64,000 nt of DNA from Trichosphaerium sp. ATCC 40318 (taxonomy: Eukaryota > Protista > Tubulinea). Under the pieces are notes generated by a model. The model did not search any database. It was not told the DNA's origin and saw nothing but the letters and a program-made list of their open reading frames with translations. Numbering within the stretch: the first letter of the stretch is position 1; each line of letters starts with the position of its first letter. A program made the position numbers and the translations under genes. The stretch is taken from NCBI GenBank assembly GCA_038496445.1, contig JALMLS010000562.1, positions 1 to 64,000 of the forward strand, written 5' to 3'. This document shows, in pieces, positions 51,604-64,000 of this stretch.

Positions 51604-53045
51604 ATGAACTCTCTACTTCTATGTGTCGCCTTATTGGTGGCCTTGGCTTCGTGCCACACAACAATCACGCTCACAAAGCAACCTTCTGATGCTGACCCTA
51701 TGACAAAGCCAGCGCGTCAAGTACGCCACTTGATGTACAAGTACCGTGAGCTCTTCCCAAAAGAGTCATTCTCAGACCACAAAGTAACTCTACAAGATGT
51801 TCAAGGTGCGTTTCTCAACTTTCCGCATACGACCTTATTTGCCACTAGATGCTTCTTATTTCGGTCCTATTGGTTTGGGAACACCACCACAATCTTTCAA
51901 CGTCATTTTCGATACTGGTAGCTCCAACCTTTGGATTCCTTCCAAAAAGTGCACCACAAGAACTTGTACTTCACACAGACAATACGATTCCTCTGCTTCT
52001 TCCACCTACAAAGCCAACGGTACCCATTGGCAAATTTTCTACGGTACTGGCGACGCCGATGGTTTCCTCAGCACGGTATGCCTATTTCGCTATTCAATTG
52101 CACTAAATGTTAGCCCAGGACACTTTCTCGCTCGCTGACCTTAAAGTAAAGAACCAAACTTTCGGAGAAGCCCTTCAAGAAGACCCAACCGCTTTCGGTA
52201 ACGCTCCTTTTGACGGTTTGATGGGCCTAGCCTTTCAATCCATCTCCCAAGATAAAGTTGTACCTCCATTCTACAACATGATGGCTCAAGGCCTCATTTC
52301 TGAAAACTTGTTTGGGTACGTGTTTTGTGTTTAATGTGACACTTGAATTTGTTGCTGCATAAAAAAAACTGTAATCCTAACTTAATACTTTAGTTTCTGG
52401 CTCTCAAACGATCCAGGTAAAAACGGTGGTGAAATGGATATTGGTGGTATTGACAATGCTAAATTCACTGGTCCAATCACATACGTTCCACTTGCTGGTG
52501 AACAATACTGGCAATTTGGCGTAGACAGCTACGGACTCGCGGGTAGCAACCTCGGATGGTGCAACGTAAGTTTTATTTAATTTTAGTTTCAAAATCTAAC
52601 TTGTTACTTAGACCCGCCCTTGCTTCTCTATTGCTGATACTGGTACATCCCTCTTCGCTGGACCTGTCCGATACATCAACGCACTTAACAGAAAACTTGG
52701 TGCTATGAACATCCAAGGAAACTGGATCTTTGAGACATGTGACATCCTCACCTCAGGACCTGCCTTCACCGTTACCATCAGTGGTGTAGACTTCGAATTA
52801 ACCCCTGAAGACTATGTCCTTCAAGTACGTTTTTACCGTACAAATACCTAATCAAGGTATTAACCTATTTTCCTTAGATTCCATACCAAGGCCAAACTGT
52901 ATGCCTAAGTGGTTTCCAAGGTATGCCAGCACAAGCTGGCTCACCGGACTTGTACATTTTGGGTGATATTTTCATCAGAAAGTATTACACTATCTTTGAT
53001 TTTGGTAACAAGAGAGTTGGTTTCGCCAAAGCTGTTCACCCATAA
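51604..53045 (+). CDS. Cathepsin D-like A1 aspartic protease
   Basis: Signal peptide, [57 protein letters not shown]. Confidence 0.97.
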
Positions 53046-53316
53046 ATAATTACTTTATTGATTGTTAGCGAAACAAAACGCGACTTGGGTCGCTAATAAA
53101 AACTGTTTCAAAACAATACCAACGTTAGTTGTATTCCTTAGTTTTGTCACCAATGCGTGAGTATGTAAAACACTTTACATGATATTTATGAGCTTCTGAG
53201 AATAATGTTGTTTCACGTCAGCAAAATGTGAAAGCGGTTTTGGAAAACTCGCAGCTTTTTTTTAAGGCAACCGAAAACCATTTTTTACAGTACTACCCAT
53301 CAGGGCCACACCAAGG

Positions 53317-56300
53317 ATGGATAAAGCTTTCCAGGTTATAGAAAAAACCAGTAAGGAGCCGTTGCGAGTTACAAAGTTACAGATTGAAGTAAACGTTACT
53401 TCGTTCCTCGCAGGCACGCTCTATCATAACTGTGAAGCTAATTTTAAGGCAGAAATATCCCTTACAATATCATTTACAAACAGCACCAATCAAAAGAGCG
53501 TAGAAGCAGAGCTCAACTTCCCTTTAGATGATGGCAGTACAGTATCAGGCTTTGCATGTGACATAGACGGCGAACTCGTTGACGGCGTCGTTACAAGTAA
53601 AGAAAAGGCTCAAGTAGCTTTCGAGAATGCTGTACGCGATTAAAAAATACCTAGAGCTTATTTCAACAAACACTGACAAAAAAACGGTTTAGGTAAGAAG
53701 CACTAAACCAGGTAAAATTGCTACCGTAGAGCATGTTCAAGGCAACCTGTTTCGTGCTCGTATTTTCCCTGTACCACGCTCTGGACGTGTAGTTAGAATA
53801 TCCTGGTGTTTGGATGTTAAGAAGGGAGTTTACACGCTGCCTTTGATGTTTCAAACTGCTCTTGAACAATTATCTGCCAAGTTTTCTGTATGGTTTTTTT
53901 GGGATCTTTTTTCCCTTTTGTAAGTTTCTTCGACATCTCACGTGTTTATAAGGTTTCTCTTCCAACCGAAATAAGTTCGTCTCCGTTCTTGTCAAACACA
54001 ACTATGTTTAGAGAACGCGCAAACTTCTTGAAAGGACAAACCAAAGATGGGAATACAACATGGACACTAAGCACTGAAAAAAAAAACTTTCGAATGACAA
54101 AAGGGTTTACACTGAACCTTCCAAAAAGCTCTTCATCAAGTCTTTCCACAATATTCGAACCTCACATACAACCTGACGCTAGTGACATACCACAGCACTA
54201 CTTTTGCGTTAACGCTTCGTTTGATGTTGACAGTGCAGCTCCGAGTACTATGGGCGATTCTATTGTTGTTCTATGGGATACATCAAGAAGCGGTGGTAAA
54301 GATAATAGACAAGTAGAACTTAGAACACTTGCTGGGATTTTAAGACATTTCTCATCAAAGATGAAACGAGTACATATTGTTGAGTTTAGTGATCACGTGG
54401 TTCGCAACGAAAAAAACGTTTTTGATATTAACAGAGTAGATGCTATTATAAACCACTTGAGTACGTGAAAAGTGTAGTGACCAAAAAACCCTTCTAGGCC
54501 TCCAAAGAGGCTCTTATTTTTGCTGATTTTGTACTTTTTCCGAATTGTTTTGACCATTTTAACGGTTTTTTGAAGGAAACAATATTCGCTATGATGGCGG
54601 TACAAATTTGGAATGTGTTGTTGAGGCTATGGACGAGATGATGGGTGTAGATGTAGCGTTTTATCTTCTGTTTTCAGATGGCATGTCAACGCTTGGTTTA
54701 GAGCCATCTACTGCCTTACGTACACCTGTTTATACATTCACAAGGTACTAAATAGTAGAATACTTTGCCGTGTTACTAAATATACTTTTTTGACAGCTCT
54801 GAAACAGCCAACTTTACCGCTTTAAAACAAATTGCACGAAACTCATCTGCTGAGTTTTTCAATCTACAAGAAAATGAAAACGTGTTTGATCGTGTAGGGA
54901 AGCCATCATTTGGATATATTGGCTCTGATTATGACACTGATATTATTTCAGAAATGTATGTTTGGATTCAGACATTTTTTTTACTTACTTTTGTTGATGT
55001 AAGATATCCATCTGTGCCTACATGGGCTCAAGGAAATTTCAAGGTATCTGGTATAATTAAAGGTAGACCAAAGTTCGAGACAAAAATCTCATTGGTAAGG
55101 CGACTCGTGCGAGTGTTTTGATTCTCACTTTGTACTTAGAAATTTGGGTTTGGCACCAAAGTAACAAAAACGCTGACCTATACTCTTACCGTTCCAGAAA
55201 ACGTAGTAGAAAAACAGAATGGACTTATACCTCGTTTCTTGGCAGCTAAGAAAATGGGAGAATTGATGCTTCAAAAGAGTGAAGCTGAGCAACTTGTTAG
55301 TCTTGGAAAACGGTATAGGTACAAAAATTGTACTTTGTGTTGTGATAAATTCTGAAATTTCTGCTAGGCTTGTGACACCTGTTACATCGATGCTTGTATT
55401 AGATAGTCTAAATCAATACCTTAAATACGAAGTAGAGCCGCCTATTTCACTACCTTTCCACGGTGAATGGGTTAAGAAAATGGCACGGCTTAATAGAGAG
55501 AAAAAGGATGAAATGGGCAAAAAAATGGACTTTGCAAAGCAGTTGTGGGCAAGGCGTTTAACATGGTGGAACTCAACTGCAATAACTTTTAACTTCCCAC
55601 CAAATATGCTTCATCACACTAATTTCTTTGAGAAACGTGTACACGACCAGCAACGGTAAGGCAACTACGCACAAACCACGTTGGACATTTGATACTTTTT
55701 TTTTGACATTGTTTTCTTTCTTGCTCGAGTTAGTTACATCTGCCTAATTTATTTACAGTGACTTGGAGATAATTATGTCCAGTTATACAGCAATCAGTAA
55801 GAGGAAACAATTACCAGAAACGGAAAATATGCCTCGAAAAAAGGCACAAAAGATAACTTTGGATGATATGGAATTTGTTCGTGCTGCAGAGAGAAAACTA
55901 GAATTGCTTGCTGCGGAGATGAATAAAAAATCAAGAACAAAAAATGATGAATCAAGGCTCTTTAAAGAGAAGAAAGCAGAAAAACAAATAACAACGTGGG
56001 ATGATGACGATGAAGACGATGAAGAACAAGAGGAACACGAAGTACGATTCAATATTTTTTATTCAAATTCATTACTCATTTACACTAACTTCATTGTAAA
56101 GCAGCTTGACGCTTTATCAATTTCATATGCCGTTCTTTGTAACAGATTTCTTCCATCCGAGGATAATGAGAAAGAAAACCAATTCGACGCTTTCACATTC
56201 TGTGCCGAAGAGAGATCTCCTCAATACTCTCCTACGTCGCCTCAATACTCTCCTACATCCATTGCATACTCTGCTACATCACCTCAGTATTCTCCTAGAT

Positions 56301-58618
56301 CGCCTGCATACTCTGATAATTCAATTGCATCCCCTTCCTACTCTCCTAAGTCTACTAAATATGAACCTGTGTCTCCTTCATACTCTCCTAAATCTTTAGT
56401 ACGACCCTTTCTGTTTCTGAAACAGAAACTCATTATTTCTTTCTTAGGCACGCTCTCGTTCTAGATCTCCTAGATCAACAAAAGTGCGAAAAAGAAGAAT
56501 GAGATCATCCTCAATATCAAGATGTACCACATCTTTGAACATCGAGAAGCTGCCTCCAGTTCCTCCGAGAGAGAGTAAACCACTACCACCAGCGCCACAA
56601 CAGCAACAGCAACAACAGCAACGTCCACAGCAAGAAGCGGAAAGCAAACAGAGGCGATATGATCGCTCTTCAGCCTACCGTGTGCCATCACCACAACAGC
56701 AACAGCAACAGCAACAACAGCAACAGCAACAGCCACAGCAAGAAGCGGAAAGCAAACAGAGGCGATACGATCGCTCTTCAGCCTACCGTGTGCCATCACC
56801 ACAACAAGAAGCGGAAAGCAAACAGAGGCGATACGATCGCTCTTCAGCCTACCGTGTGCCATCACCAATTAACCAAGACGTACAGTGATTCTATGTTTAC
56901 ATACTCTAACATGAATGAAATTTTTAGGCTTTCTCTATGTCATGCTCATCAGCTTCGTCATATAATTCTTCAGTATCATCATGTTATGATGAGTCAACGC
57001 CTTCTCCGCCACTAAGACAGAAATTGAAGAATATTCAATTCGATTCAGCAGATGATATCGAGATGATACCGGACGACGATATGTGGGTGCCAGATACCAT
57101 GATATATTCACTTGACAAGAAACTACCGGCTAGTAGCTCAAAAAACCTGGCGAGAATGGCCGATCTTGAGATCTGTACGGCAAAGTCTGTAATCAACGGA
57201 GACAAGGTAAAACTAGAAACGTACATGGATTCTATGAGACGTAACGTTGCAGACAAAAATCACAGATACTCAAGACTTTCAACTGAAATCAAAAAGAAAA
57301 TACTTGGACATATTGAAGAAACTCAAGATTGGCTTGTCGGTAACCAACAAGTCTCACATACCGAATACCACAAGCAATTGGTCAATTTACAAAGCAAGTT
57401 GAGCTTACTACTATTCAATGTGAGGATGCCTGAATTGACTCATCAACGTGCAAATGCAACCATTTCTTTAAAGAGTTGGCAACCTCTTAAAGCACATTAT
57501 ATGACATCACTTCAATCTTGTCCTAAGACTGCTTATGCTAGTTTATACTCAAAGCTTTCAAAAGAGTTTGGATATAAAACGCCATCTTTCTATTGGGATG
57601 TTGGTATGTTCTTACTTGAAAAAGGCGAGGTGTCCTTTGCTCTTCGGTATGTTCTTCTTTTTTTTCTTTTCGAAAAAATCTTAACCACTGTTTTTTTTTA
57701 GAGTTTTGTCAAACCTTGTCGAGTGGGATATTGGTAATCCTCAGTTCATGCGCATACTTGGTTATACTTACCTCAAACTTGGCCTTTACGATCTAGCTGT
57801 CAGTATTTTTAAACGTGTCAAGGATAAACGGTACATGCTGCTCCAAAAAACCTTCATTTGTCAACTTTCTCTAAGTGGTTGTTTAGTACTGAAGAGCCTC
57901 AATCTTACCGTGATTTGGCTCTCGCTTTGCTTCATAGAAATAGAAATGAAGACGCAATACAAGCTGCCACTTTACTCACACGCGTAGTACAAGGAGAGTG
58001 GGATATTAGGTTTTCTCAAATTGAGGTTGTTGCTCTCACTGAACTTGCTTACTTAATGTCCAAATTTGACAAGACTTTGCTTGCTTCAAGTGATACATTC
58101 TATTCAATGCTCCGAGACTATAATGTAAAGCTCGATGTACCAGTTACAGTTGCTTTGCGCGTAGTATTAACTTGGGATGTTGATGATACAGACATGGAGT
58201 TACACGTTTATGAGGCACGTGACTGAGTTTTGTTTGTACTGTTGCAGCTTTCGCTTACTTTCTTGTAGCCGGATGGCAGTCATTGTCACTCCTTCAAAAA
58301 TACAACCACTTATGGCGGCCTTCTATCAAGAGATATGGGTAGAGGTTACGGACCTGAAGTTTATTTGTCAAGGTACTTCAACAGCCTAATATGAAACTCT
58401 TGATGTTGACATTTGTTAGGAATGCGCAGGTTGGCACTTACAAGATTTGTGCCAAATTGTTCGCCACACGAGGTCGTACTGTCAATCAGCCTATTACTGC
58501 TACTGTAGCTATTTATACACATTATGGGGACAAAGAGAGAGAGCAAGAGGCCATTCATATTGTGAGATTATCTGAAGAAAAAGAGCAAGTTCAAATAGCA
58601 AATGTTGTTTTTTCTTAA
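53317..58618 (+). CDS. VIT - vWA - TPR - DUF2135/YfaP-like protein with large low-complexity insertions
   Basis: [24 protein letters not shown] (VIT); LWDTSRS, YDGGT, LFSDG (vWA); [12 protein letters not shown]; [10 protein letters not shown]; [23 protein letters not shown]; GYGPEVY. Confidence 0.85.
56225..56396 (+). repeat. RNA polymerase II CTD-like heptads (YSPTSPQ and variants), about 8 units
   Basis: [57 protein letters not shown]. Confidence 0.85.
56598..56868 (+). repeat. Three near-identical ~66-bp coding repeats ([22 protein letters not shown]) with CAA/CAG polyQ spacers
   Basis: Direct repeats visible at the DNA and protein levels. Confidence 0.95.
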
Positions 58619-59090
58619 TTGCAATAAACCAATCCTGTAATATTACGTCTTGAGGGTAGCAATTTAATAGTAGACAGTGATACCATTATTATGATCAGTG
58701 GTACTATCGGTGTTCATTGATATCTATAAAGAATAGCTCTTGAATTATAAGAATATTTTATGCGCCCTGCACGTGCAGCCATTGGTAATCTTCATCTGAA
58801 TACAATTGCACAAGTAAGATTGATAGTATGTCTCACTGGTAGGCTACAGTATCACATGTTTCCCGTGTCCTCATTTTGCAACATCGAATTGTTAATGCCA
58901 CAATCTAAATACGACAGCTAAACTTAGTTCATTGAAATCTTGCGACTGCGCTTTGACCATGCAGACTGTAATTTGACTCTAGGTAGTTATAGACGACGGT
59001 AGAGCCATATTAATGTGAGTTACTCATGGTGACGCACTAATGCGCGGTACTCTCTTCAAATAGCGTAAGCACTGGTGTCACTTTTGCGTA

Positions 59091-61009
59091 GGCGCTCGAG
59101 TATATCCCATAGGCCACTGGGAAAGCATACAAAACCAACGGACGTTTTTTGAAACAGTCCTAGCACCAAAAGCGGTTGTACATACTTTTGATGGCTGTTA
59201 TGCAGTAACAACACGCGATGTGATCAAACACGGCGGTAGAGGACTACTGAAAAGGCAAACACACCTTATTGGCTAGAATACCAACAAATTCATCTTAGAT
59301 ACGTGAGTTCTATCTCGCAAGCGGTGTTGACGATATTTCCTGAAAGAAAATGGCACATGTGGAAATTCAAGTACTACAATCAATTAAGAGGCTTCTAATG
59401 TAGTACAGCGCAACTCCTGGACACCACTGGGATAGTATACATGGCCAAAATAAAAGATTCAAAGCATTAGAAGAGCAGCTGAAAGTAAAACATGTGGATG
59501 ACTTTTCCAATATCACTTTTAGTGATGTGAAAAAACAAGGTGGCAGACTAAGGAGAAATCAAATTGCAACAATAGAGGATATAGCACAGAAGCTGAATAT
59601 TAGGAATCTAGAGGCTTGGTACAATGTCACTAGAACTGATGTAGTAGATAAAGGAGGCGAGACTTTGTTGCACAGGTATGTACAAGACTGTTCTAGCATT
59701 ACTTGTAAGATTCACAACTATGTTAACCCCTTGTTGACAGGTATGGCGGTTCCTTGTCAAAAACACTCTTTGATTTGTTTCCTTCATTCAAATGGGATAT
59801 CACAAGATTCGAGCACGTGCTTTTAAGAAAACTCTGTTTGTCTTTAGCTAAACTTCTATGCTTTTTTTAGAGTCGTACCTTGGGATTATTTGCAATCTGA
59901 GAGCCACCAAAGAACGTTATTAGACAGGTTTGCAGAGCATGTTCGCGTAATGAGCCTAGATAATTGGCATAATGTAAATATAAACAACTTTGATATGTCA
60001 AAGTTCAACCTTGATGCAATTCTTAAACAGTACGTTTTTGTAAACATGCATCTCTTTTTGAGGTTGAAAGCTAACTACCTCATTAGGTATTACTCTAGAT
60101 CTCTTGCTAGAGCATTAAAACAGTTGTATCCACACTTTAAATGGAACTTCATAAAGGATAAAGGTCATTGGCAAAGGAGACAGATCCAGAAACAGTTCCT
60201 GCAAAAAGTTGCAAAGAAATTTAATGTTTCATCAAATGATGATTGGTATCGAGTTTCAAAACCTCAGATTGCATCTATGGGTGGTATAGGGATATTGAAA
60301 TACTATCCACAAATACTCAAAACGCTTGACCCTCATTTTTCTTGGGATTGGAAGCGGTTCCCGCTATTATCGAAGCGAAGTCAACAACGGTTCGATATTC
60401 TTATTCAAACTAGATTCTTTTTATTAATTTTATCAAGGTGCCTTGTTGAGAGTATACAAAAGTTATTTCCCTATGACATTGTACAAGAAGAACACTGTAT
60501 TGGTGTAAGAAAGATAACAGGGACACAGCTCACAGTTGATGCATTTGTGGTAACAAAAAACTTGGCCTTTGAGTACCAAGGTAAAGAAATGTAACGATTA
60601 GTTTATGAACCCTAAGCCTCCATTAGGCGAATACCACTACCATGATAGGGTATTTCCTAGCAATATACCTGTAGTTTCACATGAAGCTAGAGACAATGAA
60701 AAACTACAACAGTGCACAAGTGCAGGTAAGATAACAACTTCAAAAAAAGGTAAACAAATTCGTCTATCTCATTTTTCCGCGATAGGTATTGATTTAGTTA
60801 TTGTACCATACTGGTGGACTTTACATGATACAGACACTTTGGCTGCTACCACAAAATATTATGCACCTCACGTGACTTTTCACGTGAAAGTTGATAAATC
60901 CGTCAAACCGCTGCTACCTTCTGAGTTGTATAGTAAATCACGTGACACTGTGTCAAGCAGCAAAAAGGTATTAATGGGTCCTTCGCCATTTCAAGTTCAG
61001 GTGACATAA
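59091..61009 (+). CDS. Tandem ~70-aa repeat protein, paralog B, with C-terminal Vsr/PD-(D/E)xK-like nuclease domain (start unresolved, upstream of 59091)
   Basis: About 4.5 repeats as in paralog A, then QQRCLVESIQKLFP..VQEE..LTVDAFVVTKNLAFEYQG-EYHY..RDNEKLQQCTSAG-IDLVIVPYWW. Confidence 0.8.
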
Positions 61010-61145
61010 AAATGTACAAGAAAAAAAAAACGGAACAAAAAAAAGTCCTGCTGTACTGTCACGTGCGATATATTGCGTTACCTCTTTATTAAAAGTTAGG
61101 GTAACCAAATTAAAATTGTGTTAAACTATTTACAAGTATAGCAGC

Positions 61146-63796
61146 TTAGTAGACACGCTGTGTTGTGACAGAGTCATCACGAGATACGACCATACCTAAA
61201 GATACAATTACAAAACTGTTGTGTTATGTTTTCGGCTTACTATCGTCCATATCAGTCATCCCTTTGGAAGACACGTATATATCAGTGTCGTCATCATCTT
61301 CATCATCCTCATCGTCATTTTTCTTGTGATTACTGGCATTCTCGTCATCTTCCATGTCGAGAAATTCAAGGTCATTTTTAGACCAAAAGCAAGGTAGAAT
61401 AAAAGTTCTTATTGGCGCCAGAACTGGAAAAAGTATAAGTATATTGATTTGCGGTAAATGTAATAGTAGTTTGCACTTACTGACAATAAATACTGGGAAA
61501 CTAATGGCGAGTATAGTCGTCTTTACAGCCCACAAAAGACCGAAACAGCAAAGTTGAAAAATCGTAAAAGCATGAACTTTCCATAGTGATACATAACGGA
61601 TGTAAGGCGTATCAGGGTATCCATCTTGCTATGCAAGTATTTAAAAACCAGAGTCGAAATAACAACACCAAAACGAAGAAAACTAAAGTCCTGATGTGAC
61701 GTACCGACCAAACAAAGAGGAGTTTCATTCTATCAAAAAATTGATTTCCTTCAATTGAAGAGAACCCCATGAAAAGGAAAATGCCGTATAATACAGGCAT
61801 TGGTATAAGTTTCATAACCATTGTAAGTAGAAGAGATGCGCCAATAAAAATATGGATAACTACTTCTGACACTCGATTCTCATGTATGTACTCTAAAGAG
61901 AAAAAAATGAATACATGCTAGTTGAGAAAACAGTTGTTGATATCTAACGTACTAATTTCTCTTTGCCTTCCTGGTTTCTCTTCCTTGTATACCGCCAGAG
62001 CATATACATTTGATAGAGCTCTCACAGTAGCGGCCACAAGCCAAGGGAGACCGAAAATTGACACAACACCTTTAAAAAATGAGTAAGGAAAAACAAGAAG
62101 CATGAGTATAGCTACGTACCAATCGCAATACCAACAAGGACCAAGTCCCAATGGAATCCAGGCCGCTTTCTTAGTTTATGTTTTCCAGCATTAACGATCC
62201 TAGCAGTGATATTTTGATCCTGAAACGACCAAGTCAGAACAGATAATAGTACAAAAAACAAGGAACCTACCAAATAGACCAGCAATGTTGCAAGGAGCGC
62301 AGGAAGTATTGTGGCGAAAATGACCCATTTTTCAATTTTAAAGATGTCAATAAGCCATGGCCTTCCTACAAAAGGGTTTAATATTCATTAAATGAGAAAA
62401 TAAAAGGAAAAGTACAGTACCACTAGTTGTTTCAAATGTTTCAGGAATCTGTAGTTTGTTTGTTTCAATATCCCTGAATACGTAGTCCGCTACTGTCAAT
62501 AGTATTAACGCAATAACAGGCGCAAAATCTGATATCACAGAGCGGAATAAAGGCATGAGATAACTAAGAAAATCGTAAGCATTTGTGTTGCTACCAAAAA
62601 GTAAAAACGTACGGTGACTTTTTGAACTCCTTCAAGAAAACAATCAAGAAATAAGTAACAACAGCCAATATCAGACTCAAAAACGCCTTTGCATTAATAT
62701 CTACACCTCCTTCAACAGGCTTCTCCTTAAATCCCTTATAGAGGGCAGAACAAGCTTCATATATGAAAATAATGGATATAAGCGCAGCGAATATCTCATC
62801 TGTAAATCGAGTAAAGTACTTGATTAGGTTGCTAGAAAATCACATGTCAATCTTTTTTTTTTGAAATGAAAAAAAAGTAATGACGCCTCACCTCGCATTC
62901 GTTACGCCGAGAATAACGCAAAATATACCCGTCCATAATCCCGTCCATGCATAAGCTGGTAAGAAATCGACGTCTAGGGTTTCACAAAGTTGATATAATA
63001 CTTGAGTAAAGAGCAATAGAGGCCCAGTACCTAATTTTAAAAGTTAAAAAAAAACCAACATAGTCTTTGGATTTTTGCGGAGAATTTCTTACCGCCGTAT
63101 ATCGTCAAGGGTTGGGTTGAGAATAAAGCCATAAATACGCCTACTACTGTAGTAGCTAATAACATCTCTATTGTACCGATAGCTTTATGTGTAACCTCTC
63201 CCATTAGACCGCCTAGCGCACGCGTGAGTTAAAAAAAAACTAATGAATACCAAAAAGGATAGTAAAGTTCAACTACGTACCAAAAGCGATAGCAGGCGTA
63301 ATACAAGCGAAGAAAATGTAGAAAATAGAGGCAATCTGCTGCCTTCCCAAACCATCTGTAATGTCAGTCCAATAAACATGAAAACGGCTCTAATCAAGTT
63401 TAGTCACGTGAGCCCACGAATAAAGCAGTTTGGTACACAAAACGCTCCGTAAAGGATAAAATGGTTTGACACGCACGAAATCCTCAAATATGCCTTTAAG
63501 CGGCATCCACGTTGTTCCAAGTACATCACTATTCGTGTAAAGCTTCTGACCAATCACTATAGCGAATGTAAGCTGAGGAAGAACATAAAAGTAACTGTAA
63601 ATTTCAGGCTACATTTGTAGTCGGCATAAAAGATACATTTTAGCGTGGTAGTGCGCTACGTGCCTACTATGTTCATATCATCGTCTATGTCGCTATTGTC
63701 GTCAAGTTTAACTACAGTGCTATCGGCAAGTAAAGCCTTTCGTTCACCGGACGAATCAGAGCTACTGGTGGACTCCTTAGCGTCAGTTGTTGCCAT
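61146..63796 (-). CDS. SLC4/BOR-type bicarbonate or borate transporter (no large N-terminal cytosolic domain)
   Basis: PAIAFGGL, QPLTIYGGTGP, YFTRFTDEIF, ISDFA, DQNITA, GFHWDL, GLPWLVAATV, ENRVS, IPMPVLYGIFLFMG. Confidence 0.95.
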
Positions 63797-64000
63797 GTTT
63801 GTTAATAACGCCTTTCAAATCAGAAGTGAGGATGTATGAGAGCCGCAGCGTGAGGTGTACTAAATTCTGCAAACAGACGAATAAATTAAATTGTTTTCAC
63901 GCAATCCTAAAGGTCCACGCTTAGTCAAGAACCATAAATTGTATTCTTATAACCTCTAACATGGATCCCAGTGGCTGTTACCCAAATCCGTACTCGGTAT

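Noticed and set aside
1-64000. Alternative genetic code, tRNA or rRNA genes
   Set aside because: Conserved genes translate with the standard code once introns are removed, and all three stop codons are used. No tRNA cloverleaf or rRNA sequence was seen.

Overview
Gene-dense, AT-rich nuclear DNA of a microbial eukaryote, probably an amoebozoan-like protist (inferred from gene content). It holds about 22 protein-coding genes split by many short introns (mostly 40-70 nt), with head-to-head gene pairs only about 80-170 bp apart. Recognisable genes: CLC-6/7 chloride/proton antiporter, Arf-like GTPase, UMP synthase, POP-type organellar DNA polymerase with a 5'-3' exonuclease domain, LAMTOR3, inositol monophosphatase, phytochelatin synthase, GH27 alpha-galactosidase, dynactin p150, SLC38 and SLC4 transporters, and a cathepsin D-like protease. 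Most notable observations: (1) two paralogous ~70-aa helical tandem-repeat proteins, one ending in a Vsr/PD-(D/E)xK-like nuclease domain, with intron positions repeated in each unit; (2) an intron-containing, NLS-bearing gene with a bacterial restriction-system-type EVE/PUA-like domain, probably fused to a FunK1 kinase across an intron carrying a 1.18-kb foldback transposon; (3) a chromodomain fused to a PhyH-like 2OG-Fe(II) dioxygenase; (4) GC-AG introns that mostly start GCACGTG, with strong window-wide enrichment of CACGTG; (5) a probable U17/snR30 H/ACA snoRNA in an unusually long UMP synthase intron, plus a 4-nt microexon in the same gene. All gene models were spliced by eye and no searches were run.
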